In this document: positions 18,908 through 27,246 of the stretch, piece by piece
How the letters are laid out: each line of letters opens with the position of its first letter
How positions within the stretch are numbered: the stretch's first letter is position 1
Origin: a virus
Taxonomy: Duplodnaviria; Caudoviricetes
DNA length: 27,246 nt
IMG/VR virus record: IMGVR_UViG_3300044674_005499
Location: 1-27,246 of that record
Direction: 5' to 3' (one strand)
Position numbers and translations under genes: made by a program
The notes under the pieces: model-generated
What the model was told of the DNA's origin: nothing
The model's input: the letters and a program-made list of their open reading frames with translations, nothing else
Database searches by the model: none

Positions 18908-19117
18908 ATGGAAGAATCAAAAAGGCAGGTGGCAGATAATCCGCATTTAGTTAAAAATCTAAACACTGGCATTATTTCAAATACCGACCATGATGCTTAT
19001 AAAGCTGCGGTTGCTAGAAAAAGACGCAATAAGGAAATCAAACATTTGCGACAAGAAGTTTGCGATTTAAAAGAAAGAATCATAAAATTAGAAGCTGTGG
19101 TATACAGTGATAAATAG
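18908..19117 (+). CDS. Small coiled-coil protein conserved after VrlC-like genes
   Basis: Starts 1 nt after the VrlC stop. VADNPHLVKNLNTGIISNTD..AY is followed by the heptad EIKHLRQEVCDLKERIIKLE. Similar short ORFs occupy this position in T4-like phages. Confidence 0.75.
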   Translation: MEESKRQVADNPHLVKNLNTGIISNTDHDAYKAAVARKRRNKEIKHLRQEVCDLKERIIKLEAVVYSDK

Positions 19118-19121
19118 ATAC

Positions 19122-19129
19122 AATAAATA
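19122..19129 (+). promoter_or_regulatory. Possible late promoter variant AATAAATA (GATAAATA also at 19109-19116)
   Basis: One mismatch to consensus, 9 nt before the fibre ATG at 19139. The AT-rich context lowers its significance. Confidence 0.4.
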
Positions 19130-19138
19130 AATTCATCT

Positions 19139-22100
19139 ATGGCCTACGACTTTAACCTAACACAAATTGATAATACCGACACATTTAAGGAGTGGGCGGA
19201 TAAATGTAATGCTATAATTGACGGTCTTAACTCTACCGACTTTGTTACAAATGCAGAAGGTATTGTGACGGTATCTTCTAACCAAACGATTACTGGAAGA
19301 AAAACGTTTTCTCAATTATTGGATTTGACAGGAGGGTTTACCACAACAGCTAACTATACTCTTGGCGGAACAGCAGGCGTAATCAATACGCCCACCTTTA
19401 CGGTAAATTCCGGTGATACAACTATTGGTGATGGATTCCAGGCGGTTGGCGCAAGAGGTATTTCTTTTAAGGCTTCTTCAACAGCCGACGCCGCATCCAT
19501 TAAATTCGAAAACTCGGGAACCCCTCAAAAACTTGTGTTTGATTACGCAGGTTCCGGGGGTATTTTTGAAATCAGCGATGGTAATAAACTTGCTCTTGGA
19601 GGATCTTCTCCAACGCTGACCGTTAATAACTACGATTGGAACCTTCCCGCGACTTCGCCTGGTTCCACTTCTTCCATTCTAAAATGGGACGGAAGTGGTA
19701 ACAATTTAAGTTGGTTGGCGGAAAGCACGTTGGCCTCTGACATTGTTACTGATGTTCGTGACATTCTTCAAAATAGTAACTTTACTTTGCCGGTTAACCT
19801 TATTCCGGTTGGAACCATGATCGCGGTGGATGCAAGAATTCTTGATTCTTGGGATACCACCGGAAGTCCTGCTGAATATACTACATGGAGCGGAGCGCCT
19901 GGTTGGATTCCTTGTGATGGTCAAACTCTTTCTTACGACGAAAACGCAAGTCCTGTAGATACAACTTATCAGGAACTTGTTGAACTTCTTGAAGGTACAG
20001 ACAGTCCTACTGCAGACAGTACCACACTTCCTGATACAATTGGTTCTCCTGCTGAAGATCCTATTGGCGGGAATGCCATTGTCTATCTTATCAAATACAA
20101 AAGCGATGATACCACCGCATTCGCTGTTTCCACAAGAACTGGAACTGCAGGTGCTGACGGAATTAACCTCTTTGATACAAGTGGGACGGAAGTAGGTTCT
20201 TTTGATATTATCGGTGGAAAAATTGGTTTAAATATTGATACTTCGGTATTCTCCTTTGACGGAGACGGTGCTCTTACTGCAGACGTGGCCACAGACGCAA
20301 CGGCCAATACACTTGCAAAAAGAGATTCAGCTGGAGCTCTTACAGTTGCCGAGCCAACCGCGGCTGGCCATGCTGCTACAAAGGCATACGTTGGCCAAGC
20401 GATAGATAATGAAAGAGGAAGCGTTCGAGCGTTTCCGGAACTTCCAGATGGGCACCAAGCGTTTGGCGGGGATAAATATAATGCATCCTATGGAATGACT
20501 GTTGTTGATAGGTATGGACGAGGCGTATTTGGAGGAACAGTTCGATACTCCCGAAATTGCGGTCCAGACAACACCTCCAGTCATCCGAAAGGCTGGTTCA
20601 ACGCGTTTTCGCCCATCACCGATAAAGAAGCAATTTTTGAACGCACTGTTGTTACATCAAACAACTACTTCTTTATAGACAGTGATGGTATTATTTACGG
20701 AACTGGAGACAATAGGTATGGTCAAATTGGCCAAAGAGATCGGGGAACTGATACTGATTTTACTGACTATTATGGCTACACGGATAACAACGTGGCCTTC
20801 CACTACAATGATACCGCCGTTGAGATTCCGATTCCTGCAATGCTTCCACAAAAGACTGTGTGGCCCGCCAATGCAGTGACAGTGGATACCATAACATACA
20901 ATACTTCACGCGGAGGAGATATTCCGAAAATTGTTGTTAAGACAAAGGATGGTGTTGGTAATGAATATGTGAATAACGATAGACTTCAGGGCTTGGAATC
21001 ATATCAAACCGACTCTGGAGTTCCTTATACACGAGGTTGGTTAATCGGGTCTAGTTTGAACTCCCTCGACGCGTTCGGACTTGGAGGCGCTGGATCCTAT
21101 ATTCCCACCAGTTATACATCCACAGGCCCAAGGGTTTTTGGCATTGCTGGGCCAGGAAAATCTCTTTGGACTATCTTTGGATTAACAGCCGCTGAAAGAG
21201 AGACTGGACTCGACGCTCTACGGACCGCCGATTCTAATTTTGATACCAAGCTTAACAAAAGATTTAACTATTACAAACGAAATGCAACGGAAGCTGGAGG
21301 TCTTGGAGAAACTAACGGTGAGGCGCTGGCCGCTTGGCGGACAGAGCTTGGATTTACTGGAAGTGAGACATTCGATGATTATTCCTATTATGTAAAGAAA
21401 GTTGTGGCAACCACCCACAACACTTATCTTATTGTTGGAAAGCCCGGTAACGAATCCGAAAACGAGCTTTGGTCAGCTGGCTATAATGGATTCGGTCAGA
21501 TTGGCAACGGCACATCCGGCACTTACATGCAATCCCACGTTCCAGCGCTCGAAGAATCTGGAGAAACATCTTCATTAACCATTAGTACGGTTGCAGGAAC
21601 TAATAACCACGTGTTTGAATCAACAACTGCTCACGGATTTGAAGACCTTGAAATGCTAAAGATTGGTACTAATAACACAAGGTATTATATTGTTCGTGGT
21701 GATAATAATAACCAAAACTTAACAACGCGCTTTAGACTTTTTCCTGAAGGTCGCGAAACATATGCCGTGGCCGCAATCAACGGAAGGGCGACGTTTTATG
21801 CATATCAGCGAACGACTTGGGGCTCAGTGGATCTAACCCACTACAAGAAATTAAAGGGGATATTTGATATATCCGTAGGTCATTCGCTGTACTCGCGGGA
21901 TTGTTTGCTAGCAAGGCGAACCGTTGATACTACAACCGATTCCGCCGAGCTAGACGCTCTTCCAGAAAGTGAATTTGACCAAGTGACGGTAATGTCTTGG
22001 GGAAACAACGAATACGGCCAGCTTGGTCACGGCGATTTATCTACCCGTCGGCGGAATCCCCGCGTTGTTTCTTTAGGAACCGCCGATCGGCCTGTAGATA

Positions 22101-22684
22101 TTATTATGGTTGCAGAAGGTGCCAATTCATTTGTTGTTACTGAAAACGCAGACGGTAATCGCTCTATATATGCGGCGGGCAGTCAGGGCCACGGTTTAAC
22201 CGATGCGGGAACTCTAACAGCTGCCACCACCTCGTTTACAAAATCAACTACTATTGATTCAAGGTGGTGGGTTAAAAAGGTTTTTGTCACGGCGGGGTCG
22301 CTTTGGCGAACAGGTTTTCTTGGCACCATATTTATCGTTGCTCAATCAAAGACTGATTCCGACCTTTACGCGCTTTTTGCTGGTGGGTGGAACAGATATT
22401 CGCTGCTGGGATTGGGCGGAAGTGCAGCTGGCATACCAACACCACATTATCTTAGAATCCCGTTTCCTGAAGATCCTAAAAATATTATTGCGATGCGTAG
22501 CGAGTATAGTAGCACCAGTTATGCTCTTTGTAAGACCGAGGAAGCTGGCGAAACCGCGGAAGAGTTTGCGCTTAAATCCGGAAGAATGTACGGGACCGGC
22601 TTTGCGCAAACGGTATTTGGCCGGGAACAAGTTCAAAACCAGAATGCTTTCCATCCAATGGACGGACAAATTTTATCAACATAA
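19139..22684 (+). CDS. Tail fibre / receptor-binding protein with a tail-collar domain and C-terminal RCC1/BLIP-II-like repeats
   Basis: N-terminal TDTFKEWADKCN anchor and QTITGRKTFS fibre motif. Collar motif IPVGTMIAV...APGWIPCDGQTL, then HAATKAYV. RCC1-like blades: IYGTGDNRYGQIG, LWSAGYNGFGQIGNG, VMSWGNNEYGQLGHG, LFAGGWNRYSLLGLG. Confidence 0.8.
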   Translation: MAYDFNLTQIDNTDTFKEWADKCNAIIDGLNSTDFVTNAEGIVTVSSNQTITGRKTFSQLLDLTGGFTTTANYTLGGTAGVINTPTFTVNSGDTTIGDGFQAVGARGISFKASSTADAASIKFENSGTPQKLVFDYAGSGGIFEISDGNKLALGGSSPTLTVNNYDWNLPATSPGSTSSILKWDGSGNNLSWLAESTLASDIVTDVRDILQNSNFTLPVNLIPVGTMIAVDARILDSWDTTGSPAEYTTWSGAPGWIPCDGQTLSYDENASPVDTTYQELVELLEGTDSPTADSTTLPDTIGSPAEDPIGGNAIVYLIKYKSDDTTAFAVSTRTGTAGADGINLFDTSGTEVGSFDIIGGKIGLNIDTSVFSFDGDGALTADVATDATANTLAKRDSAGALTVAEPTAAGHAATKAYVGQAIDNERGSVRAFPELPDGHQAFGGDKYNASYGMTVVDRYGRGVFGGTVRYSRNCGPDNTSSHPKGWFNAFSPITDKEAIFERTVVTSNNYFFIDSDGIIYGTGDNRYGQIGQRDRGTDTDFTDYYGYTDNNVAFHYNDTAVEIPIPAMLPQKTVWPANAVTVDTITYNTSRGGDIPKIVVKTKDGVGNEYVNNDRLQGLESYQTDSGVPYTRGWLIGSSLNSLDAFGLGGAGSYIPTSYTSTGPRVFGIAGPGKSLWTIFGLTAAERETGLDALRTADSNFDTKLNKRFNYYKRNATEAGGLGETNGEALAAWRTELGFTGSETFDDYSYYVKKVVATTHNTYLIVGKPGNESENELWSAGYNGFGQIGNGTSGTYMQSHVPALEESGETSSLTISTVAGTNNHVFESTTAHGFEDLEMLKIGTNNTRYYIVRGDNNNQNLTTRFRLFPEGRETYAVAAINGRATFYAYQRTTWGSVDLTHYKKLKGIFDISVGHSLYSRDCLLARRTVDTTTDSAELDALPESEFDQVTVMSWGNNEYGQLGHGDLSTRRRNPRVVSLGTADRPVDIIMVAEGANSFVVTENADGNRSIYAAGSQGHGLTDAGTLTAATTSFTKSTTIDSRWWVKKVFVTAGSLWRTGFLGTIFIVAQSKTDSDLYALFAGGWNRYSLLGLGGSAAGIPTPHYLRIPFPEDPKNIIAMRSEYSSTSYALCKTEEAGETAEEFALKSGRMYGTGFAQTVFGREQVQNQNAFHPMDGQILST

Positions 22685-22705
22685 TATATAAAATATTTCA
22701 ACAGT

Positions 22706-23944
22706 ATGGCACTCACACCAACACGATTCATTTTAAAGCACTCATTCTCGCCGGGAGAAACACCCGATGCGGATTCTTTAAGAGCGGGCGAAATTGCGAT
22801 TAACATTGCCGATCAAAAAATCTTTTTTCTTGATGATGCAGGAGCCGTTGTGACCAACGAGCTTGATGTTAATGAAGCGGTGTCTGTACAAATTAACGAA
22901 TATTTTAATAATATTGGTATCATCACTGATATTACAGTAGACTCTTTAGGAAACCTAACCGCGATTTATTCTGATTCAAGCTCTGAAGTTGTTGGTAATG
23001 TAAAAGGCGATATTGGTAGTGGTGTTCAAGTCAGCGGTATTGTTGACTATGGTGACGAGTTACCTACCTCCGTTTCTAGTCCTCCGCTTGATCCGGTTCT
23101 TCAAAGGGAAGGTACATGCTTTATTGTTAAACTTGGGCCTGGAAGCGCACTTGATTCTCCATCCGAATTTGCAAGTGGAACTCCTCACCTTTATGTTTAC
23201 AACGGCCCTGATTATTCTCCAGAATCTTGGGATGACCTTGGAGCAATTGCAGGAGTTGCGGGCCCGACTGGTGATACTGGACCAACCGGACCAACTGGAA
23301 CTGCTGGAGGAACTGGTGCGACGGGCCCAACTGGACCAACTGGACCATCCGGCGATCGAGGGTTTATTGGACCTGTTGGTGCTACAGGTGTTGCTGGACC
23401 GTCTGGCCCAACTGGACCCGCTGGAGGCCTTGAGGTTCGTCCTTATGTTTATACATATGATATCACAATTGCGGATTTTGCCAACAGCGGAGGAGATTCG
23501 GCCGCACTAGAGGTTGGAGATCACGCGTTTATCATGACTGCGAATATGAGCGGAATGACTTTCCGCAGAGCAGAAATTGACATTCCAGAATGGGAACCGT
23601 ATTACCGCGGTGATCCGGAATTTAAAGTTCTTGCCGGTGATGACCCAGGCACAACACTTGGTATCGTGTCAGTTGCGGCGGCATCTGGTGATGAAGTTCT
23701 TCAAGCATACGAAGGAAGCGCTCCTAATCCAAAGTATTACAGCGGGACAAGCGGAACCACAAGCTCGGCTGTTACCTTAGGTGATGGTATTGTTTTAGAG
23801 TGTATCTCCAACGGACATTATCTCGGCGAGGAAAGTGGCTATGATGGACGAAGCTCGGTGACTGATTTTATTCGAGTCCGCCTCTACTTTGATATTACCG
23901 TAGAAGGTTTCGCGGACGGATCTGGTGATCCGGGCGAAGGCTAA
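22706..23944 (+). CDS. Collagen-like fibre protein
   Basis: N-terminal fibre-joint motif ILKHS..PGETP...[17 protein letters not shown], then 19 uninterrupted Gly-X-Y triplets and an acidic C-terminal domain. Confidence 0.8.
   Translation: MALTPTRFILKHSFSPGETPDADSLRAGEIAINIADQKIFFLDDAGAVVTNELDVNEAVSVQINEYFNNIGIITDITVDSLGNLTAIYSDSSSEVVGNVKGDIGSGVQVSGIVDYGDELPTSVSSPPLDPVLQREGTCFIVKLGPGSALDSPSEFASGTPHLYVYNGPDYSPESWDDLGAIAGVAGPTGDTGPTGPTGTAGGTGATGPTGPTGPSGDRGFIGPVGATGVAGPSGPTGPAGGLEVRPYVYTYDITIADFANSGGDSAALEVGDHAFIMTANMSGMTFRRAEIDIPEWEPYYRGDPEFKVLAGDDPGTTLGIVSVAAASGDEVLQAYEGSAPNPKYYSGTSGTTSSAVTLGDGIVLECISNGHYLGEESGYDGRSSVTDFIRVRLYFDITVEGFADGSGDPGEG
23252..23422 (+). repeat. Collagen (Gly-X-Y)19 coding repeat, GPT-rich
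   Basis: [57 protein letters not shown]. At DNA level there are imperfect 9-nt ggaccaact units. Confidence 0.95.
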
Positions 23945-23959
23945 TTGGATATATAATAT

Positions 23960-25084
23960 ATGTCCCGACGGAGAAACCATAAAAATCCTCCGGCCGTAGA
24001 ACTTAAATCGGCGAAAGACCACGCTAGGGAGAAACCAGTCTTTTGTCTTGTTGTCCCATGGATGGCACTTGGAGGAGCAGACAAATGCGGCTTGGATTTA
24101 ATGTCCTACTATAAAAGTAGGGGGTTTAGAATCGTTGTTATATCAACGCGTAAAATGCCGTGTAAGGATAGTCGAAGAGAAAAAGAGTTTCTTTCGCTTG
24201 CTGATGATGTGTTTTATAATGAAAATGTTGTAGAGATTATCAAAAACCTGCAACCCGTTTATACCGTTGTCAACAATTCTCATGAGGCGTATGATCAGGC
24301 ACATTTAATTAAAGCAGCTGCGCCGAATACGAGGTTGGTTTCTTTGTTTCATATGATTCTAAAAGAACCGTGGGACTTTGAAAAAAGCTTGCGGAGAGGG
24401 ACGCCTTTTGATCTGGTACTAACAGTTTCGGATAAGCTGCGGAAAGAGCTTCTGCAAATGGGAGTGAAAAAATGTATAGTTAAAACGCTGCATTGGTTTG
24501 GGTTTCCCGAAATGGAAAAGACCTGGCCTTTAAGGAACACCGCGAATGATCCTAGGTACATACTTTGCCCTTTCCGCTTTCACTTTCAGAAGCGACCGGA
24601 ATTTGTTTGTGATATCGCCGCGGAGTTGGCTATGCTTTTACCCGCCGCTTATATGCCGGTTTTTAAGTTTGTTGGTGACGGCGAACTTTATTCAAAAATC
24701 ATAGAAAGGGCACAGGAGCTAAAAGTTAGCCATTGGATACAATTCGAGTGCGGGATTGGTTATACGCAAATGCAAGAATTTTATAAGAGGGCAAGCGCGC
24801 TTGTTTGTCCTTCGATTGACGAAGGCATACCTATTACGTATTTTGAGGCAATGCAGTGGTCAGTTCCAATGGCTGTTAGCAATGTCGGTGCGGTAAACGA
24901 ACTTGTTCCTTCAAATTATATGATTGATTTTGAAATGGAAGATGAAGCAAAAGAATATGCCAAACTTTTGTTTTTACACCTAACAGGTCAAAGCAGAGCA
25001 GAGATTCATGCTGCTAGAAAACTAGTTAACGAAAAGTTTTCTAAGAGTGTTTGGGACGAAAAGGTAAAGAGGTTAATTGGATGA
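23960..25084 (+). CDS. Glycosyltransferase, GT-B fold, GT4-like
   Basis: N-terminal LVVPWMALGGAD, TVSDKLR, RFHFQKRP and FVGDGEL, plus the EX7E motif CPSIDEGIPITYFEAMQWSVPMAVSNVGAVNELV. Confidence 0.9.
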   Translation: MSRRRNHKNPPAVELKSAKDHAREKPVFCLVVPWMALGGADKCGLDLMSYYKSRGFRIVVISTRKMPCKDSRREKEFLSLADDVFYNENVVEIIKNLQPVYTVVNNSHEAYDQAHLIKAAAPNTRLVSLFHMILKEPWDFEKSLRRGTPFDLVLTVSDKLRKELLQMGVKKCIVKTLHWFGFPEMEKTWPLRNTANDPRYILCPFRFHFQKRPEFVCDIAAELAMLLPAAYMPVFKFVGDGELYSKIIERAQELKVSHWIQFECGIGYTQMQEFYKRASALVCPSIDEGIPITYFEAMQWSVPMAVSNVGAVNELVPSNYMIDFEMEDEAKEYAKLLFLHLTGQSRAEIHAARKLVNEKFSKSVWDEKVKRLIG

Positions 25085-25863
25085 AGATAACCCCGAACAT
25101 TTCGTGGAAAGAAAATCACGTTCTTATAACCTATCAGGATACTGAGCTTTCTTACAGTTATTCATCGCTTCCTGATAGGGATTTAGTTATCCCAGAGGTG
25201 GATCTTGATGAATTTAATAAAATGCTAGAAGCGATTCGTTATGATCGTAAAAAGCTTGGAAATTCGGTATGGATGGAGTTTGTAAAAAACTTTAAAGGTA
25301 TAAACGATCCGCCAGGGTACCAAAGATGTCGGTCTTTTCTTTTAGCTCAAATGTATCCCGATAGATTTGATATTGTAAGTCAGTCTTTTTGCACCGTTGC
25401 TTATCGTTATTTGTATGATGACATGGGGTCTATTAAGGAACTGGAAAGCCTTTATAAAGACTTACAGGCCTTTAAAGAATTTGGCGATCCATATTCAGAT
25501 AAACGCAATTATCGCTGGACCACTTCTGTTTGGACCGCATTGGCCCATTGTTATGTAAAAGAAGAAAATGGAACCGCTGCTTTAAACATTTTTAATAAGA
25601 TACATTCCTATGCCGATATTACGTTTTGGCCGTCTGCTATTGTGAATGTAATAGGCGCGTGCTATACCACAGGCCAAAGCGTAGAGTATTCAACAAAGAT
25701 TTATGAAGCGGCGATTCATGCCTATAATATCACAAACGTATACATGCTTTCTGAGATTATTCATGCATCAAAAATTTTAGAAGAGATCATGGGTAAGGAT
25801 ACCGCATTTGGCGGGAGCCGTCTTTACTTAAAGGCAAACAGTTTGTTAAAAACCTACCGATAG
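25081..25863 (+). CDS. Hypothetical alpha-helical (possibly TPR-like) protein inside the glycosylation gene block
   Basis: ATG at 25081 overlaps the GT4 TGA (ATGA, translational coupling), so it is preferred over the listed start at 25051; 260 aa. Helical segment WTALAHCYVKEENGTAALNIFNKI looks TPR-like. Confidence 0.7.
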   Translation: MKITPNISWKENHVLITYQDTELSYSYSSLPDRDLVIPEVDLDEFNKMLEAIRYDRKKLGNSVWMEFVKNFKGINDPPGYQRCRSFLLAQMYPDRFDIVSQSFCTVAYRYLYDDMGSIKELESLYKDLQAFKEFGDPYSDKRNYRWTTSVWTALAHCYVKEENGTAALNIFNKIHSYADITFWPSAIVNVIGACYTTGQSVEYSTKIYEAAIHAYNITNVYMLSEIIHASKILEEIMGKDTAFGGSRLYLKANSLLKTYR

Positions 25864-25868
25864 AATAT

Positions 25869-27047
25869 ATGAGTGATAGTAATCTTCCACGTATAGCGTT
25901 TATAAGTCAGTATCAGCCTGGATTTGGGGAGAAACTTAAAAGTCCATATAAAGCAGAAACAGATTTCACCCAATGGAATGATGCGGCTTTCTTCGATAAA
26001 CACGGAGGAAATCGTGGAAATTTAGTATGGATGGAGAGCGTATATAAGATTTTTAAATATGATCGAAATAATTCGCGTCATATTTCGCGGGGGGAATTGG
26101 TAGAAGATTATAAGACCATAGATGAAAATTTTGACTTTGTGGTTATTAATACGGCGTGTTGGATAACGGATGATCCGAGTAGAGACGATCTTCTCCCACC
26201 AAACTACTTTGCAAAAATAAAATTGAAAAAATGCAAATTAGTTTGTTTGGGAAACGGGTGTGAAAAAAATACTTATATTAAATCGAATCCGAACCTATCT
26301 AAAAATGATTTCAATCCAAGGACAATTGAACTATTACACTGGATGGCAGATAATGCGGATATTTTTTCGGTCAGGGGCTACGAAACAAAGAAAACCCTAA
26401 AAGAAATTTTTAACATCGACTCGATTGCGCTCGGGTGTCCCGCACTGTATTCCTTTCCAAATTCAATAGACGCCATTTCCTTACCGCCAGCGAAAGATTC
26501 TATTTTAGCTACAGGAGGTAATTTGGCGAAGGAATCTTATTTTAAAGCTTTCAGCGCATTTAAATCTGTAAACTATTTTTGTCAGTCATCTTACGCGTTT
26601 GGCACTCCTTCAAATATTGAAGTTCCACCTCAAGCAAGACCCTCCGACCTTGTTAATATCAAGATAAACGAAGCGGATGGTTCGGTATTAAATTATCCGT
26701 TTGAAATAGATGGAATGGACAAGATTTATGCTCCCAACGATATTGATACTTGGAGAGGGGTGTTATCCATGCATGATTATTATATTGGTTCCCGGCTGCA
26801 TGGTGCGATCCTCTCTTTACAGGCTGGTACTTTTCCAGCTATCCGGCCATCAGCGTGGTTTAATAATGACGAGCGGCTACTTGAAGTTGCCAGGCTCGTT
26901 GGTATGCCGTATTTGAATACTGACATGGATTCCTTTGATGTAAAGGATCTGTTCAACGAAGATTCTTTGGAACATTTTAAAAAGAAATACAGAATAAGAT
27001 ACAACTTGTTTTATGAGGCGCTATCAAGCGTGGGTCTTGTCTTATAA
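25869..27047 (+). CDS. Polysaccharide pyruvyl transferase family protein
   Basis: GGNRGNLVW, LGNG, FSVRGYET, LGCPALY and YIGSRLHGAILSLQAG match the PS_pyruv_trans pattern (NxG, SVRx, RxH). Confidence 0.82.
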   Translation: MSDSNLPRIAFISQYQPGFGEKLKSPYKAETDFTQWNDAAFFDKHGGNRGNLVWMESVYKIFKYDRNNSRHISRGELVEDYKTIDENFDFVVINTACWITDDPSRDDLLPPNYFAKIKLKKCKLVCLGNGCEKNTYIKSNPNLSKNDFNPRTIELLHWMADNADIFSVRGYETKKTLKEIFNIDSIALGCPALYSFPNSIDAISLPPAKDSILATGGNLAKESYFKAFSAFKSVNYFCQSSYAFGTPSNIEVPPQARPSDLVNIKINEADGSVLNYPFEIDGMDKIYAPNDIDTWRGVLSMHDYYIGSRLHGAILSLQAGTFPAIRPSAWFNNDERLLEVARLVGMPYLNTDMDSFDVKDLFNEDSLEHFKKKYRIRYNLFYEALSSVGLVL

Positions 27048-27083
27048 AAAATCTATTTAATATAAGCTTAAGATCGTAATTTG

Positions 27084-27091
27084 TATAAATA
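27084..27091 (+). promoter_or_regulatory. T4-type late promoter TATAAATA
   Basis: Exact consensus in the intergenic region, 17 nt before an ATG at 27109. Confidence 0.8.
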
Positions 27092-27108
27092 CTCAATTCA
27101 CCACCACT

Positions 27109-27246
27109 ATGCAAGAGCCCCAAAAATCCCTATTTCAAGCCTTTTTGGATGGAGGCTGGCTGGTTCCACTTATTGGTGCGTCGGGGATGATCGCAAGGAT
27201 TCTTTCTTCAAAGGAAAACATTACGTTTGAGCTTCTTTGCAAAAGG
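27109..27246 (+). CDS. Partial small membrane protein (holin candidate), runs off the window
   Basis: Not in the ORF track. Reads MQEPQKSLFQAFLDGGWLVPLIGASGMIARILSSKENITFELLCKR... with no stop, has one hydrophobic helix, and is preceded by a late promoter. Confidence 0.6.
   Translation, partial: MQEPQKSLFQAFLDGGWLVPLIGASGMIARILSSKENITFELLCKR

Noticed and set aside
22687-22695. TATAAAATA upstream of the collagen gene
   Set aside because: An imperfect match in a very AT-rich spacer; too weak to call a promoter.
23252-23422. Tandem 9-nt repeats as a possible CRISPR or regulatory array
   Set aside because: They are in-frame Gly-X-Y codons with no spacers.
23960-25084. DNA glucosyltransferase (T4 alpha/beta-gt-like) interpretation
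   Set aside because: Not excluded by fold. However, the position in a late tail operon beside a pyruvyl transferase, with no nucleotide-modification genes in the window, favours a protein or surface-glycan target.
939-27004. Many short minus-strand and alternate-frame ORFs (60-165 aa)
   Set aside because: All lie within long + strand genes with recognisable motifs. They show no domain signatures and look like shadow ORFs.
27048-27083. Possible terminator after the pyruvyl transferase (short palindrome taagctta)
   Set aside because: There is no GC-rich stem and no following U-tract.

Overview
This window is the late structural (baseplate and tail) region of a large T4-superfamily myovirus. 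All convincing genes are on the + strand and tightly packed. The order is: gp53 (start clipped by the window edge), gp27-like hub, a gp5 split into two genes, a 501-aa orphan with a degenerate 3D-like domain, gp25, gp6, gp7, gp8, a 1806-aa VrlC/DUF4815-like protein, a small coiled-coil ORF, an RCC1-repeat fibre, and a collagen-like fibre. In the split gp5, the first gene is an OB-fold plus a putative Zn-peptidase and the second is a beta-helix spike ending in an HxH apex. A GT4 glycosyltransferase, an unknown helical protein and a polysaccharide pyruvyl-transferase-family gene follow with almost no gaps, then the start of a small membrane protein. T4-type late promoters (TATAAATA and variants) sit very close to start codons, and Shine-Dalgarno motifs are mostly absent. 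The best candidate for a novel system is phage-encoded virion glycosylation/pyruvylation. Ser-Pro dipeptides, often after an acidic residue, cluster in loops and inserted modules of gp7, gp8, the fibre collar and the collagen protein, but are absent from gp6. A Thr-rich collagen lies directly upstream of the sugar-modifying genes. All family assignments come from motif recognition by eye; no database searches were run.
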